Below are positions 36,121 through 50,964 of a stretch of 64,000 nt of DNA, one piece after another. The DNA is from Amoeboaphelidium protococcarum X5 (lineage: Eukaryota; Fungi; Aphelidiomycota): the NCBI GenBank assembly GCA_023515725.1, contig JALDTO010000266.1:831070-895069 (forward strand), written 5' to 3'. The notes under the pieces are model-generated. The model saw only the letters and a list, made by a program, of their open reading frames with translations, had not been told where the DNA came from and searched no databases. The stretch's first letter is position 1; every line of letters starts with the position of its first letter. Position numbers and translations under genes: made by a program.

Positions 36121-36721
36121 CTAAAAGGCTGGTTCTTCCGCATAATCGCTACAATAGCATATTTCTAATCAGCATCACGCTGCACCTCCTAACGCGACTG
36201 TATAGAATATCTAGTCTTAAGAAGGTATTAACAATAATGCGCCTAATACTAGATCTTAGTCTCTGTAAGATTCCAATACTGAACGCAGTTATAGTCAGGA
36301 TGCTTAGCGACACAACACTCGCCATTCATCAGTGAATTCTGAATAATTCGCCCAGTCTTCTAATGAATCTGCTGACGGTGATGGTCGCGCAAGCCAATCT
36401 TTATCTGCGACTCCGAAAACTAAGAAGCGCAAGAGGAACAAGGCTATCACAGATGAATCTAAACGGTCTGAATTTCTGGAGCGGAATCGATTGGCTGCGT
36501 ATAAATGCAGATAGCGGAAGAAGTAGTGGGTCAATGAGTTGGAGGAGCGGTGCGACGCTGCCATGGCTGAGAATGAGCAGTTGAGATAGATGATATAATC
36601 TCTGAATGATGAACTCGGCCGTCTCAAGCAAAAACTATATTAGCATAAAGATTGTACTTGTGGTATTGTGAAGAAGTATGAAGCTGGTCAGTATTCGTAA
36701 TTGTTAATGGATCAGAAATGA
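35647..36721 (+). CDS. ATF2/Atf1-type bZIP transcription factor, Gln-rich (intron 35747-35816)
   Basis: IPTPSRFM and EVNPFEQSF motifs, and the bZIP KRSEFLERNRLAAYKCRQRKKQWVNELEERC...LYQHKDC. Confidence 0.88.
36086..36118 (+). repeat. (TAG)11 microsatellite encoding in-frame poly-Gln
   Basis: Eleven consecutive TAG codons lie in the bZIP reading frame, between conserved motifs. Confidence 0.85.
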
Positions 36722-36839
36722 TTGATTGACTAGTCTTAATTTGTGATTGATTGTGTGTGTGATTGTATTTTTATATAAATTGGTATAATGAGATTTATTG
36801 TAATCTTTAGATTCGACCATATACATCAGACATTTATGA

Positions 36840-37842
36840 TCACTAGTGTTTGAACAATTGCTGTGCTTGCTTCAGCATTTACACAGCTCTGGTTAGGCGT
36901 TCATATATTACAGCAGTGTCAGTATTCTTACGCAGAGTGAACACTATTGATTTTCCCTTCTCCAATTGACGCAGTTGAATTATGCCCAGCGAAGTCTCCA
37001 CAGTAATTATAGGACTCGTCAACGCGCATGCTTGTCCTACACATTCGGATAATTAATTTTGCTATCGTTCCAAGTTAATAAAATGGATAAAATCAATGTA
37101 TTACCAGCATCGAGCAATTTCCTGTTGATGTTATCAAAGTTAGCCTTGATGGTGAGCTCATCGGTGACGGAGCCATACTATACGACCCTATCCTCTGCTT
37201 TATTAATCAACGCGACACTGTTGATCGCCTTTTCTTCTGAAACTACACGCGCCCGCTGTCGGCAATATTTATTGACACTGAAACTGGGACATATTTGAAC
37301 ACCTACCGAGTTCAAGTATGGAAGTTGTAATCTAAGATACAAGTTCTTCCTATATACTCTAGCCAAATGTACTGAACAGAGATACATTAACAGCAGATTT
37401 AATGTCAGCGATTGAGAATTGATTCACAAACATATTTATGACGTGTTATGCACAAAGCCGTGAGATTGTTTCACCATCTTGAACATCGTGCACCGTCGCA
37501 CAAATCACTCCACTCTAAGGGCTCACTGATAATGCAATAGCAACTACAACAAGATTTAGATCATTTACGGAGTCTATCTAGACACAGAAGTATTTAGATA
37601 GAAATCTACCTTGAGTGAATTCGATATAAGTGACGGGCAAAGTTGTGGCATTCTGACACAGTTCCATAAGCGCAGTCAATAAAGATCCCATCATACGAGG
37701 CTACAAGCAGAATATTTTTCTCAAATAATTTAGAGACTTGTATAATCATTTTACTTACCTGCTGTATAACTTGCCTAGAACCATAATGTTTTTAAGCTAA
37801 CACTATGCCTGACGGCGATATAACCAAATAATCCAGAAGCAT
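36840..37842 (-). CDS. Hypothetical longin-like domain protein (about 4 short introns)
   Basis: Spliced model MLLDYLVISPSGIVLAQKHY...|PRMMGSLLTALMELCQNATTLPVTYIEFTQ|VAIALSVSPQSGVICATVHDVQDGE...LFKHQ* using GT...TGTAG introns. The fold call is by pattern only. Confidence 0.5.
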
Positions 37843-37988
37843 TATTCTCACGTTTCTATTCTTGATGAGTTGAGAAAAGAACTGTATCAACTACTACTCA
37901 AAGATGGAAAAGAAGACGATATAGAATGCCAAACACGCTCAAGATAAACAAATACTAATAATTTATACACGATAAGTCTCACAGTAAA

Positions 37989-39615
37989 TCAATTTAAAGT
38001 CTTGAATCTTTCATCAAAGAGAAAAGTCACCAATTCGGCAGACTTGCGCAAGTATTCTGCATTGGTCACTCCAGCATTAAGAGGAAAGAGATTGGGAGCC
38101 ATCACAATGGCGAGCTTCTTGCTACTCATACGGTTCGCGTCACTAGATTTCAGCACTTCACACATTAAATCGATTATCCACAACAAGACCTACTTATCAG
38201 CTTTTGCTTTATCTTGCATGAGCTAATCCCGTAGTTATGTAGTATTACCCGTCAAAACCTGTTCAACTGCCAAATCAATGGGACGTTCTGGAAGTTCACG
38301 AACAAAAATCTTGATCAAATTGGAGACGCTCTCAGCGGTCAAATCATTCAATGCCGAATGCTAATCAAAGTGACTACGCGCAACCATCATCTTTTCTTCA
38401 TCAATCTATTTGCGGAAAATTTCCTCAGTGGTGAAGCCATTACAATCCTTCAATAAGTTTCTCAATTTTACGAGAGCTTTAGGTACAGTGTACTTTCTAT
38501 CAGAGAATATACCATGCTCAACCTTCTCCATTTTAGAGTCCGATAATGATGCGCCGAAATTGGACCATTCAGAGGTGATATTCACAGTAATGAACCACTT
38601 GTTTCCTCCCTCAACGTCCAACTAGATTACTTCACTCACAATAATAGGTCGCTTTACGGCTATTGTAAAGTTGAATTCCACCTTTTCTTTAGACTTCAGT
38701 TTGACCAGTTACTAGTCCACTTTCAGAGAGACTGCAGGGTGAGTGTCCGGCATCTTTACAGCAAGCTTACACTATTTGCCTTGTACAAGACTTACGGTAA
38801 TGGTATCTGTGCATTACTCACCCAACTTTAGTGCTCTTCCCTTCAGTCCAAAATCTAGATTGCATTTGTTCAATTGAACATCAGCAGGCAGACTTTTCAG
38901 ACTGTCAGTGAATGATGCAAAAGACGAGCGCCCTTTAGTCGGGGATGAGGATGCACTCCTTTCCGATAAGGAATCTTGAACAGCCTTCTGAAATCCAAGA
39001 CATTTAGACGGGGGAAGTGCAACCAGAAACTTGTTCATTTGATCCAAATCTTTGGGTGCTATAATATTCTTCAGAGCTCGCCTCAGAAGATCGACGTAAT
39101 CCTTATCAGGAAGTCCAGAGGGAAGTTGATAGTTGAGATAATCTTCTTGCTACACAGAGTCTGAACGAGTATCAACTGATAATGCACTTCCACCAATAGC
39201 TGCAGATCCGACAGTTGAGACAGACTTGACGAGATTACCCTTTGATACGGGAGACAGCATCGAACTACCACCAGCAGTATTAATTTACAGATTAGACAAG
39301 TTTCCACCACCCAAGGCCCCAGTCTTGCGAGTATCTCTCTACAAAGTTGCAGTACTCTAATTCTTATTCCCGCCTCTAAGCAGACTAGAAAACTATCCTT
39401 TCAATGTTTCATTAGGAGACATGTTCTAGGCAGTCTCTGCCGGGTCATGCGTAGGAGCCAATGGAAACAGATCCAACAGTTCAGATAAAGTCAAACCATT
39501 CAAACTTTCAATACTCTCATCGACAATGCTCACTTTAATCGGACTACACGACAAGGCGTTTTTAATATGACTTTAAATAAGAAGAAGGATAAAAATGAAG
39601 ATACCTTTAAATCAT
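37989..39615 (-). CDS. RhoGAP-domain protein (probable short intron at about 39544-39604)
   Basis: VPKALVKL..LKDCNGFTTEEIFRK (Arg finger), VSNLIKIFVRELPE and NRMSSKKLAIVMAPNLF. Confidence 0.85.
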
Positions 39616-40031
39616 TGCAAACTGGGCCAGTTATAAAACAAGTCACTTTTGAAACTGAAACTCAATCGCGAATCAAAGAACAGATAGAACGCTGAGAACG
39701 ATCACCATCCCAGAGTCGGCTAAAGAGGCTTCTATCGTTTCACAATTAATTAATAAGCAAAGTGCATAAAATCTCTCAATTCAGTTTCAGAACTAGCTAG
39801 CTCTACAGTACGTTTCAGAAATTCACGTCATGAGATTAAAGATGCTCTTAAACGAGACACTGATAAGCCATCACAGTGTCTCTGAAGTAACCTTAGCGTA
39901 CTTGGTCATGCAAAGAGGAAAAATTCTTGCAAACTCAAGTCAAAGAGAGATTCGTAGCGAGAGATTAGCGAAAGAAAGAGAGAACTTTTCCGTTTTCATC
40001 ATCATCGGAAAGACGATCGGCCACTCATTCA

Positions 40032-40052
40032 CTCTCTCTCTCTCTCTCTCTC
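40032..40052. repeat. (CT)n tract in the pyrimidine-rich RPB1 leader
   Basis: ctctctctc... followed by TTCTCATTCC-type repeats just upstream of ATG 40165. Confidence 0.7.
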
Positions 40053-40164
40053 ATTTCATTTCTCATTCCTTTTCTCATTCCTTTTTTCCTTCTTAGCTTA
40101 TTTCTCCCTTTTTATTAATTATCCTCTCATACATTCATCTCGGGAACCCCACATAATTTACACC

Positions 40165-43100
40165 ATGGATAATTCTTCTGCTCCTCAGAGAAGAGTGAAG
40201 CAACTCCAGTTTGGATTGTTATCTCCAGAAGAGATCAAAGCTTGGTCTGTTTGTCGAGTCGATTTCCCAGAGACTTATGAAAATGGGCGGCCAAAGCTTG
40301 GTGGATTATTGGATCCTCGTATGGGAACTGTTGATAGAAATTTGAAATGCCTGACCTGTCAGGAGAGTATGAACGATTGCGTGGGCCACTTTGGACATGT
40401 TGAATTGCAGAGAGCGGTATTCCATATTGGATTTATGGCTAGAATCAAAAAGATTTTAGAGTGCGTCTGTCATTCATGTGCCAAGCTGAAAGTGGACACT
40501 GTAAGCCTGTTCCCTTTTACCGTTTTCGCTACTACCGCTATCCACTTTTATTTATCTATCTATATGTGTGTGTAGGACAATCCTCGATTTCTGCAGACTC
40601 AGTTCATCAAGGATCCGTCCAAGCGTCTCCGGGCTGTGTGGGAGCTCTGTAAAGGGAAGCAGATGTGCGAGGGGAGTGTGATCGAGGCGAGCGGGCAGAA
40701 AGCGGCGACGGCCGATGATTCACAAAATGTTTCTTCGTCGTCGCAGAAACGATCCGGTTGTGGCGCAGTGTAGCCATCGTACAAGAAGGAAGGCCTGAAG
40801 TTTGTGGCCACTTTCAAGTAGCAGTAGCAGTTTGAGGAGTCCGCTGAGCCAAATAAGGACATATTTAATGGGCATAAAGTTTATAATATATTCAAGCGTA
40901 TATCTGACGATGACTGTCGAAGGCTGGGTCTAGATCCCGAGTGGGCGCGTCCAGATTGGATGCTGATTTCAGTGCTTCCTGTACCACCTCCGCCCGTGAG
41001 GCCTTCTATACAGGTTGATGGAGCCAGCCGAGGTGAGGATGATTTGACTTATAAGTTGGCGGATATTATTAAGGCTAATTAGAACTTGAAGAATCATGTT
41101 GATGACAGTCCTGCCCATATTATCGCCGAGTATGAGGCTCTACTTCAGTATCACGTTGTCACCTATATGAACAATGATGTATCTGGCATTCCTTAGGCAA
41201 CGCAAAAGAGTGGCCGTCCTATTAAGTCGATTCGAGCTCGTCTTAAGGGTAAAGAAGGTCGGTTGAGAGGAAATCTTATGGGTAAGAGAGTTGACTTCTC
41301 GGCCAGAACTGTCATCACTGGTGATCCGAATATATCGCTTGATGAAGTTGGAGTTCCACGCACGATTGCTAAGACGCTGACGTTCCCAGAGATTGTGACT
41401 CCGTTTAATTTTTAGTAATTATAAGAGGCTGTGGATAATGGTCCGAATGAGCATCCCGGTGCCAGATATGTGATTCGACAGAATGGTGATAGAATAGATT
41501 TGTCTAGAGCTGGTGCGATTGAACTTTAACTGAATGTAGGTGATAAAGTTGAACGACACATCAGAGATGGTGATATTGTGCTGTTTAACAGACAGCCGTC
41601 TTTACATAAGATGAGTATGATGGGTCATAGAGTTCGTGTTATGCCTTATTCAACATTCAGATTGAATCTGTCAGTTACTAGTCCATATAATGCCGACTTT
41701 GATGGTGATGAGATGAATCTTCATGTTCCTCAGTCATATGAGACTAAGGCTGAGTTGTCTGAAATATGTATGGTGCCTCGCTAGATTGTGTCTCCTTAAG
41801 CCAATCGTCCTGTCATGGGTATCGTGCAGGATACATTGTGTGGTGTACGTAAATTTACCAAGCGTGATAGTTTCCTTACAAAAGAGATGGTGATGTCTCT
41901 ATGTATGTGGGTTCGCGATTGGGATGGTCAGCTGCCTCAGCCAGCCATTATAAAGCCTGTGCCTCTATGGACAGGAAAGTAGATTTTCAGTCTCATCATT
42001 CCACCAGGAACTAATATGATTGGTTATCACTCTTAGCATCCAGATAATGAGTCTAGTGACATTTCTCCTGGCGACACCAAAGTGGTTATTTACGATGGTG
42101 AACTGGTCTGCGGTATCATTTGTAAAAAGACTGTTGGTACATCCTAGAATTCTCTCATTCACGTCATTTGGAAAGAGCATGGACCTGAGAAGACTCGCAA
42201 TTTCTTTGATGGATGTCAGGCAGTTGTGAATAATTGGCTGTTTAGTTATGGATTTAGTATCGGGATTGGAGACACGATTGCCGATGCTCAGACTATGCAA
42301 GTAGTTGCCACTACTATCTCTAATGCAAAGAATAAGGTGACTGAGTATATTTCCTAAGCTCACCGTAATGTACTGCAGCCATCGCCTGGTATGACAATAC
42401 AAGAGTCTTTCGAGAGTAGAGTTAATTAAGAGTTGAACAGAGCCCGTGATATCGCCGGTGCTAGTGCTCAAAAGTCTCTGAATGATGCCAATAATGTAAA
42501 GTAGATGGTGGTGGCCGGTAGTAAAGGTTCTTTTATTAATATTTCATAGATGACTGCGTGTGTCGGTCAGCAGAATGTTGAAGGTAGAAGAATCCCGTTC
42601 GGTTTCAAGTACCGAACGCTTCCACATTTCACCAAAGATGACCAAAGTCCTGAGAGTCGTGGTTTTGTGGAGAATTCTTATCTCCGAGGACTGACTCCCT
42701 CTGAGCTATTCTTTCATGCAATGGGTGGTCGAGAAGGATTGATTGATACTGCGGTTAAAACGGCCGAGACCGGTTATATCCAGAGGCGATTGGTGAAAGC
42801 TCTCGAGGATGTTTCTGTTGGTTATGACTGCTCGGTTAGAAATGCACTTGGTCAAGTTTTGTAGTTTGCCTATGGCGAGGACGGAATGGACGGAACTAGT
42901 ATGGAGCGATAGACTCTTGATTCTCTGAGACTTAATGAAGATAAATTTAAGATGAAATACAAGATCGATGTCTCTGACTCAAAGTATTAATTATCCCCAA
43001 AGACGGTGAAGCCAGAAATTCTGTAGGAAATGGTATAAACTCCGGAAATTTAACTTTTATTAGATGAAGAGTTTGAACAATTGTCTAGGGACCGCGCCTT

Positions 43101-45543
43101 GCTGCGTGATCATATATTCCGTAAGGGAGATAATTAGTGGCCACTTCCTGTGAACATTAGCCGTCTGATTTGGAATGCGCAATGCATATTTAAAGTGAAG
43201 AAGAATGAGAGATCCGATCTTAGGCCCGCAGATATCGTTAGATCTGTTTAAGAGCTCGCTAGCAAAATCAATATTATTAATACTCAGGACAAATGCACCG
43301 CAGAGCTTAAAGAGAATGCTTCTCTCTTATTTAGAATTCTGCTGAGATCTGTGCTGGCCACCAAGCGTATTCTACAAGAGTTCCATCTGACCAAGGCGGC
43401 TTTTAGTTGGATTTTGGGTGAAATTGAATCCAAATTTCATTAGTCTATGGTGGCACCCAATGAGATGGTTGGTACTATTGCTGCCTAATCTATTGGTGAA
43501 CCCGCAACTTAGATGACTTTGAATACTTTCCATTACGCCGGTGTGTCTAGTAAGAATGTCACGCTTGGTGTGCCGCGATTGAAGGAAATCATAAATGTTG
43601 CCAGGAATAACAAGACACCATCTACTACCATCTATCTAAAAGGTGATTATGCCAAATTGCCTTAGAAAGCCAAGGAAGTGTAGGCGGCTATCGAGTATAC
43701 TACTTTGCGGAAGGTGGCTGATAGAACAGAGATTTGGTATGATCCGGATATTGAGAACACTAGGATCGTGGAGGATGAAGACACAGTATTGGCTTATTAC
43801 TCACTGATGGTCGATGAAGACTTTAGTCGATACTCGCCGTGGGTGCTCAGAATTGTCTTGGACCGCAGAATGATGCTGGACAAGGAGACTAAGCCGCAGT
43901 TGATTGTGAGTAGATTGAAAGAGGAATTTTAGAATGATTTGGATATTTGCTCCTCGGATGAGAACGCTCCTGTACCAGTGATTAGAATTAGAATTTTGAG
44001 AAATGAGGAGGATGTGGACCAGGATGCTTTGGATGAAGAAGATACTATTCTTAGAAAGTTGGAGGCTCACATTTTGAATTAGATTCCATTGCGTGGTATA
44101 GAGGGAATTAATAGAGTGTTCATGGTTGAGAAGAAGAATGTGGCTCTAAATGATTAAGGTGATTATGAGCAGTTTAGTGAGTGGGTGTTAGAGACTGATG
44201 GTATCAACTTGAAGAATGTGATGACTGTTGATAATGTGGACGCCGGTCGTACATACTCCAATAATATTGTTGAGATCACAGAGACTCTTGGTATTGAGGC
44301 TGGTCGTGCTGCTCTGCTGAAAGAGTTGAGAAATGTCATTGAATTTGATGGTTCTTACGTCAACTATCGCCACCTGTCCATGTTATGTGATGTGATGACA
44401 AAGCATGGAATACTCATGGCCATCACTAGACACGGAATTAATCGTGCCGAGACTAGTGCTCTCGCTCGATCTAGCTTTGAGGAAACTGTGGAGATTCTGA
44501 TGGAAGCTGCGGCGTGTGCAGAATTGGATTAGTGTCAAGGTGTGGCGGAGAATATCATTATGGGACAAGTTGCTCCTTTGGGCACTGGAAATTTCAAGGT
44601 GATGTTGGATGAGAAGTCTCTGAACGCTATGGCTATGAAAGCGGGTATACGCGCTCGTGATAAGTATGGCTCTGCAACGCCTGGTGCGTTTACTCCATAC
44701 GTTAATCCGGAGAAGACACCTTTCTATCCTAGCGGCGCTAATGGTTTTGCTAATGGTGGTGGTGATGCCATGTTCTCTCCTATCATCAGTGCTGGTGCGT
44801 ACATGAATGGCGGATTCTCTCCGGTGCCGATTGGTGCTTCTGCAGCTAGCCCGGCGTTTATGGGTGGTGCTGGTGCTTAAAGTCCATTTGTACCTAAGAG
44901 TCCTCAGTATTCACCGACTTCTCCCGGATATAGTCCAACAAGTCCTGGCTATAGTCCAACAAGTCCTGGCTATAGTCCGACTAGTCCTGGCTATAGTCCG
45001 ACTAGTCCATCTTATTCTCCAACATCCCCTGGCTATAGTCCTACTTCACCTGGATACAGTCCCACGAGTCCGAGCTATAGTCCGACTAGTCCGAGTTATT
45101 CACCTACTAGTCCGAGTTACTCCCCGACAAGTCCTAGCTATTCACCAACCAGTCCTAGTTATAGTCCCACAAGTCCTGCGTACAGTCCAACCAGTCCATC
45201 ATATTCACCAACTAGTCCTGCTTATAGCCCCACTAGTCCATCCTACTCGCCTACTAGTCCTGCGTACAGTCCGACGAGTCCGAGTTACAGTCCAACTAGT
45301 CCCAAGTATTCACCGACTAGTCCGAGTTATAGCCCTACTAGTCCAAGTTATAGTCCAACGTCGCCCAAGTACTCACCAACAAGTCCACAGTATTCACCGA
45401 CAAGTCCTCAATACTCACCTACTAGTCCGTAGTATTCACCTACTAGTCCTCAGTATGCTGCAACTTCTCCTGCTTATCAAGGAAGTTCTGCTACTGCTGC
45501 CAAGTAGAAGAGTAGTGCAAATGGCAGTAACGAAACCAAGTGA
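40165..45543 (+). CDS. RPB1: RNA polymerase II largest subunit (intron 40501-40575)
   Basis: [34 protein letters not shown], uninterrupted [36 protein letters not shown] heptads and TGA at 45541-45543. Confidence 0.98.
44908..45453 (+). repeat. RPB1 CTD: 26 YSPTSPx heptads
   Basis: 21-nt periodicity. Position 7 reads G,G,G,G,S,G,G,S,S,S,S,S,A,S,A,S,A,S,K,S,S,K,Q,Q,Q,Q. Confidence 0.95.
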
Positions 45544-45729
45544 TGCGTTCGTGGCATGGTGTTGATTTATCGATTGATTGTTTGGTGTTTGGTTGTATCA
45601 AGTCAAGGATACTGACACGGAAAATGAGACGCGAAAAGGTTGATAATTATGGAAGTGGAAAGTAAGATGAATTGAGCAACATTTTAAAAAAGTACAAAAT
45701 AAATAAAGTTAAACAGACTTTTATAATCA

Positions 45730-47760
<2,031 letters not shown>

Positions 47761-47927
47761 TATAAAGAGTTTATTGTTGAAGAGATGATTTATTATACAA
47801 ACTTATACAAAGGATACACTTAAAAATGCAAAACTGTCTTTGATGGAGAAAACAATGGTAGAACTCCAAAAATTATTAAAGAGATGCGATTGAAACAAAA
47901 ATATCGTAAATATTCAACAAAAATCTA

Positions 47928-48664
47928 TCAATTGTTATTGTTGTTGTTGGTGGCCGTGTCGTCAGTTTAGGAATTCTAGCGATGGAACTGCATCGGGTCT
48001 TGAGGCGGCATCGCTGGATAATAAGTCGGGAATGACTAGGAGTAATCCACCATACCAGCATTGTATCCTAGAAATGGAACGCCTTGATCAAATGGCCCAG
48101 ACCTGATAGGACTGCTGATACTCATTGCATAAGGCTACATCGTCTGGTGGTAGCTTTATTGATATGGCTGTGATGCCGAGTGCTGCATTGGCCATAATTG
48201 CGAGTTGTTGAACGAGAAACCGCTTCCAATCTGATTGTTACCAACCACAGATCGACTTGGCGAGTGTGTTGATCCACTTGCGCGCGATGATCCAGTCATT
48301 GGAGCATACTCACCATCTTCGCCACTCTCGAATGCTTGCTGCAGCTGTATGCCAGTCTTGGCCTCATGCGGTGCTGGGAATTGCGTGTACTTTGCCAGGA
48401 CTGTGTTCATGTCGCTTGATGCGAACTGATACAGCTTGTTGTTTGGAGCGAACATCATCAGTCCGACATCACATCCACACAGTACACTCAGTTCATAGCA
48501 CTTTTTCATTAAACCAAATTTTCTCTTCGAGAAGGTGACCTACAATAATTATAATATTCATAGTAATAGTAAACCAGGTAAAGTTAAAGTGATGGAAGAG
48601 AGATTCATACCTGGCGAGTTCGTTCATTTTCAATCTGCTTTATCTCAATCTTACGACGGCCCAT
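47928..48664 (-). CDS. MEF2-type MADS-box transcription factor (intron 48540-48610)
   Basis: MGRRKIEIKQIENERTRQ|VTFSKRKFGLMKKCYELSVLCGCDVGLMMFAPNNKLYQFASSDMNTVLAKYTQFPAPHE. Confidence 0.92.
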
Positions 48665-48884
48665 CTTGTTCTGTTATACTTTCTATCAATGTTGTAGTAA
48701 ACGATGTTTAGGTATTAAAGAGATTATTTTGGTGCACCTTCTAATAATAAATGTGAATTGTGCTAAAAGAGGATACCGAACTGGTCCCTCACTCTATATT
48801 TCTAAAATAGCACAGTCAAGCTTGTTGCTATGGAAACGGAAATCTATTGAACTAGATGCTGATCTCGTTGCAACTCATATTAAC

Positions 48885-50849
48885 TCAAGCCAGCACATCC
48901 TCTTCATCTATTACCAAATTATCCTGAGGCTGCTTATAAGCTTTGGACTTTCTTAGATCAGGATTCAGAATCTTCTTTCGGACTCGGATAGATTTCGGAG
49001 TGACTTCTATAATCTCATCTTCTTGAATGTATGACAGAATCTATTCAAGAGGCATCACGCGCGGTGGAGTCAACTTTACGAATTCATCTTTTGACACGGC
49101 GCGAACATTGGTCAACTTGGGAGCTTTAGTAACATTAACTTCCATATCATTATCCTTGGAGCACTCACCGACAATCATGCCTTGGAAGACTTTATCTCCC
49201 GGCTTCACGAACAATGTACCTCTAGCCTCGATAGCTTGAACTGCCGCCACAGTCACGGTTCCTTGAGCGGTTGCTACCAGAGAACCTCTTCTGCTCTTGT
49301 CCACCTAGCCTTTAAATGGCGTATACCCAGTAAATATGTGATTAAGAACTCCCTGACCACTAGTCTCATTCTTGAACTCTGCGGCATAGCCAAGCAGACC
49401 ACGCGAGGGAATCTCAAAAGTCAATTTAACGCGATCCCCAAGTTCAACGTAACCTTTCATCTCACCTTTACGCTTCTGTAACTTTTAAATCACCGAGCCG
49501 GACATAGAAGTAGGTACCTCCAGAACTGCTTCTTCCATAGGCTCCATCAGCTATTTGCTCTTATCTTTCTTCAAGATCACTTTCGGTGGTGAGACAGATA
49601 GTTCATAACCTTCTCTACGCATCGTCTCTATCAGAATACCAAGATGCAATTCTCCTCTTCCACGAACCTCAAAAGAATCTTTGGACGCAGCCTCAATTAT
49701 CTTCATTGCCACATTAGTCTCTGCCTCCTTCAGCAGTCTTTCGCGGATCATTGAAGACGTCAGCTTAGATCCGTCTTCACCTTGCAGTGGGCTATCATTG
49801 ACTGAAAAGGTCATGGATACAGTAGGAGGATCAATCGGGACAGACTTGATAATTTCATTGACATCAGGATTACAGATGGTATGATTTACACTAGAGCCAG
49901 CAATACCGGCGATCGAAATAATATCTCCAGCACCGGCAGCTTCAACAGACACTCGATCTAATCCAAACCGAGTGAACATTTTAATGACGCGTCCCTCTGA
50001 GGCCACGTTCCCATTATCATCCAAGGACTTGATCTTGTCATTAACTCCAATAATGCCAGACTGTATACGCCCAAGATAACACTTGCCAACGAAAGGATCA
50101 CTTTCCAGTTAGGTAACCAACATTTTGAATGGCTAATCTTGATCGCACTTTGGACTTGGCACATGTTTGATAATCAGGTCCAACAAGTCTCCAGTCCCTT
50201 TGCCAGCTGAAGCTTCAACCGATTCAAACTGGTTGACTGCCCAGCCTTACTTGGCACTAGCATATATTGTCGGGTAGTCCAATTGATCATCGGAAGCATT
50301 CAATGTAATAAACAGATCCAGAACTTCGTCTTCAACCTGAGCCAATCTAGCTGTCGGTCTATCCACTTTATTAATGACAACCAAAGGCTTCAGTCCACGC
50401 GATAAAGCTTTCTGCAACACAAATCTGGTCTACGTCATCGGGCCTTCAGTGGCATCCACCACCAGAGCGACACCATCAACCATGGACAGGACGCGTTCCA
50501 CCTCACCGCCGAAATCCGCGTGGCCCGGAGTATCTACCAGATTGAGCTTATGGTCTTTCCAGAAGATGGATGCAGCCTTAGACAATATCGTGATACCACG
50601 TTCTCTCTCCAGCGCGTTATGATCCATGACGCGTTGCCCGTCCGTGTTCAAGTTGGTCTTGCTCTCCTTCAACAGACAGTCAATCAAACTCGTTTTTCCA
50701 TGATCGACATGGGCAATGACGGCGAAATTGCGAATCTTATCAGTAGGATATATATTAGGGCTAGTCCTTGGAGCATTTGACTATGCTACAACCTACTGCG
50801 CCTACGCACTAAATCTCCTCACACCGATTCTAGATCCAAATCGATACAT
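48885..50849 (-). CDS. typA: TypA/BipA translational GTPase, probably mitochondrial (654 aa)
   Basis: Arg-rich presequence, [74 protein letters not shown] and KLTNVRA. Confidence 0.92.
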
Positions 50850-50964
50850 TGTTACTCTGATAATTTTTCAAGCGCGATTAAGACAATTACTGTAAAAAGA
50901 TGAACGTAAAAGCTTGGTGTTAAACTTGGAAATAGTTTACAACACAACAATGTTATAATAAGGC

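Noticed and set aside
44807-45565. 252-aa alternative-frame ORF and 21-nt periodic array (CRISPR-like appearance)
   Set aside because: It is a shadow of the RPB1 CTD heptads, with no unique spacers.
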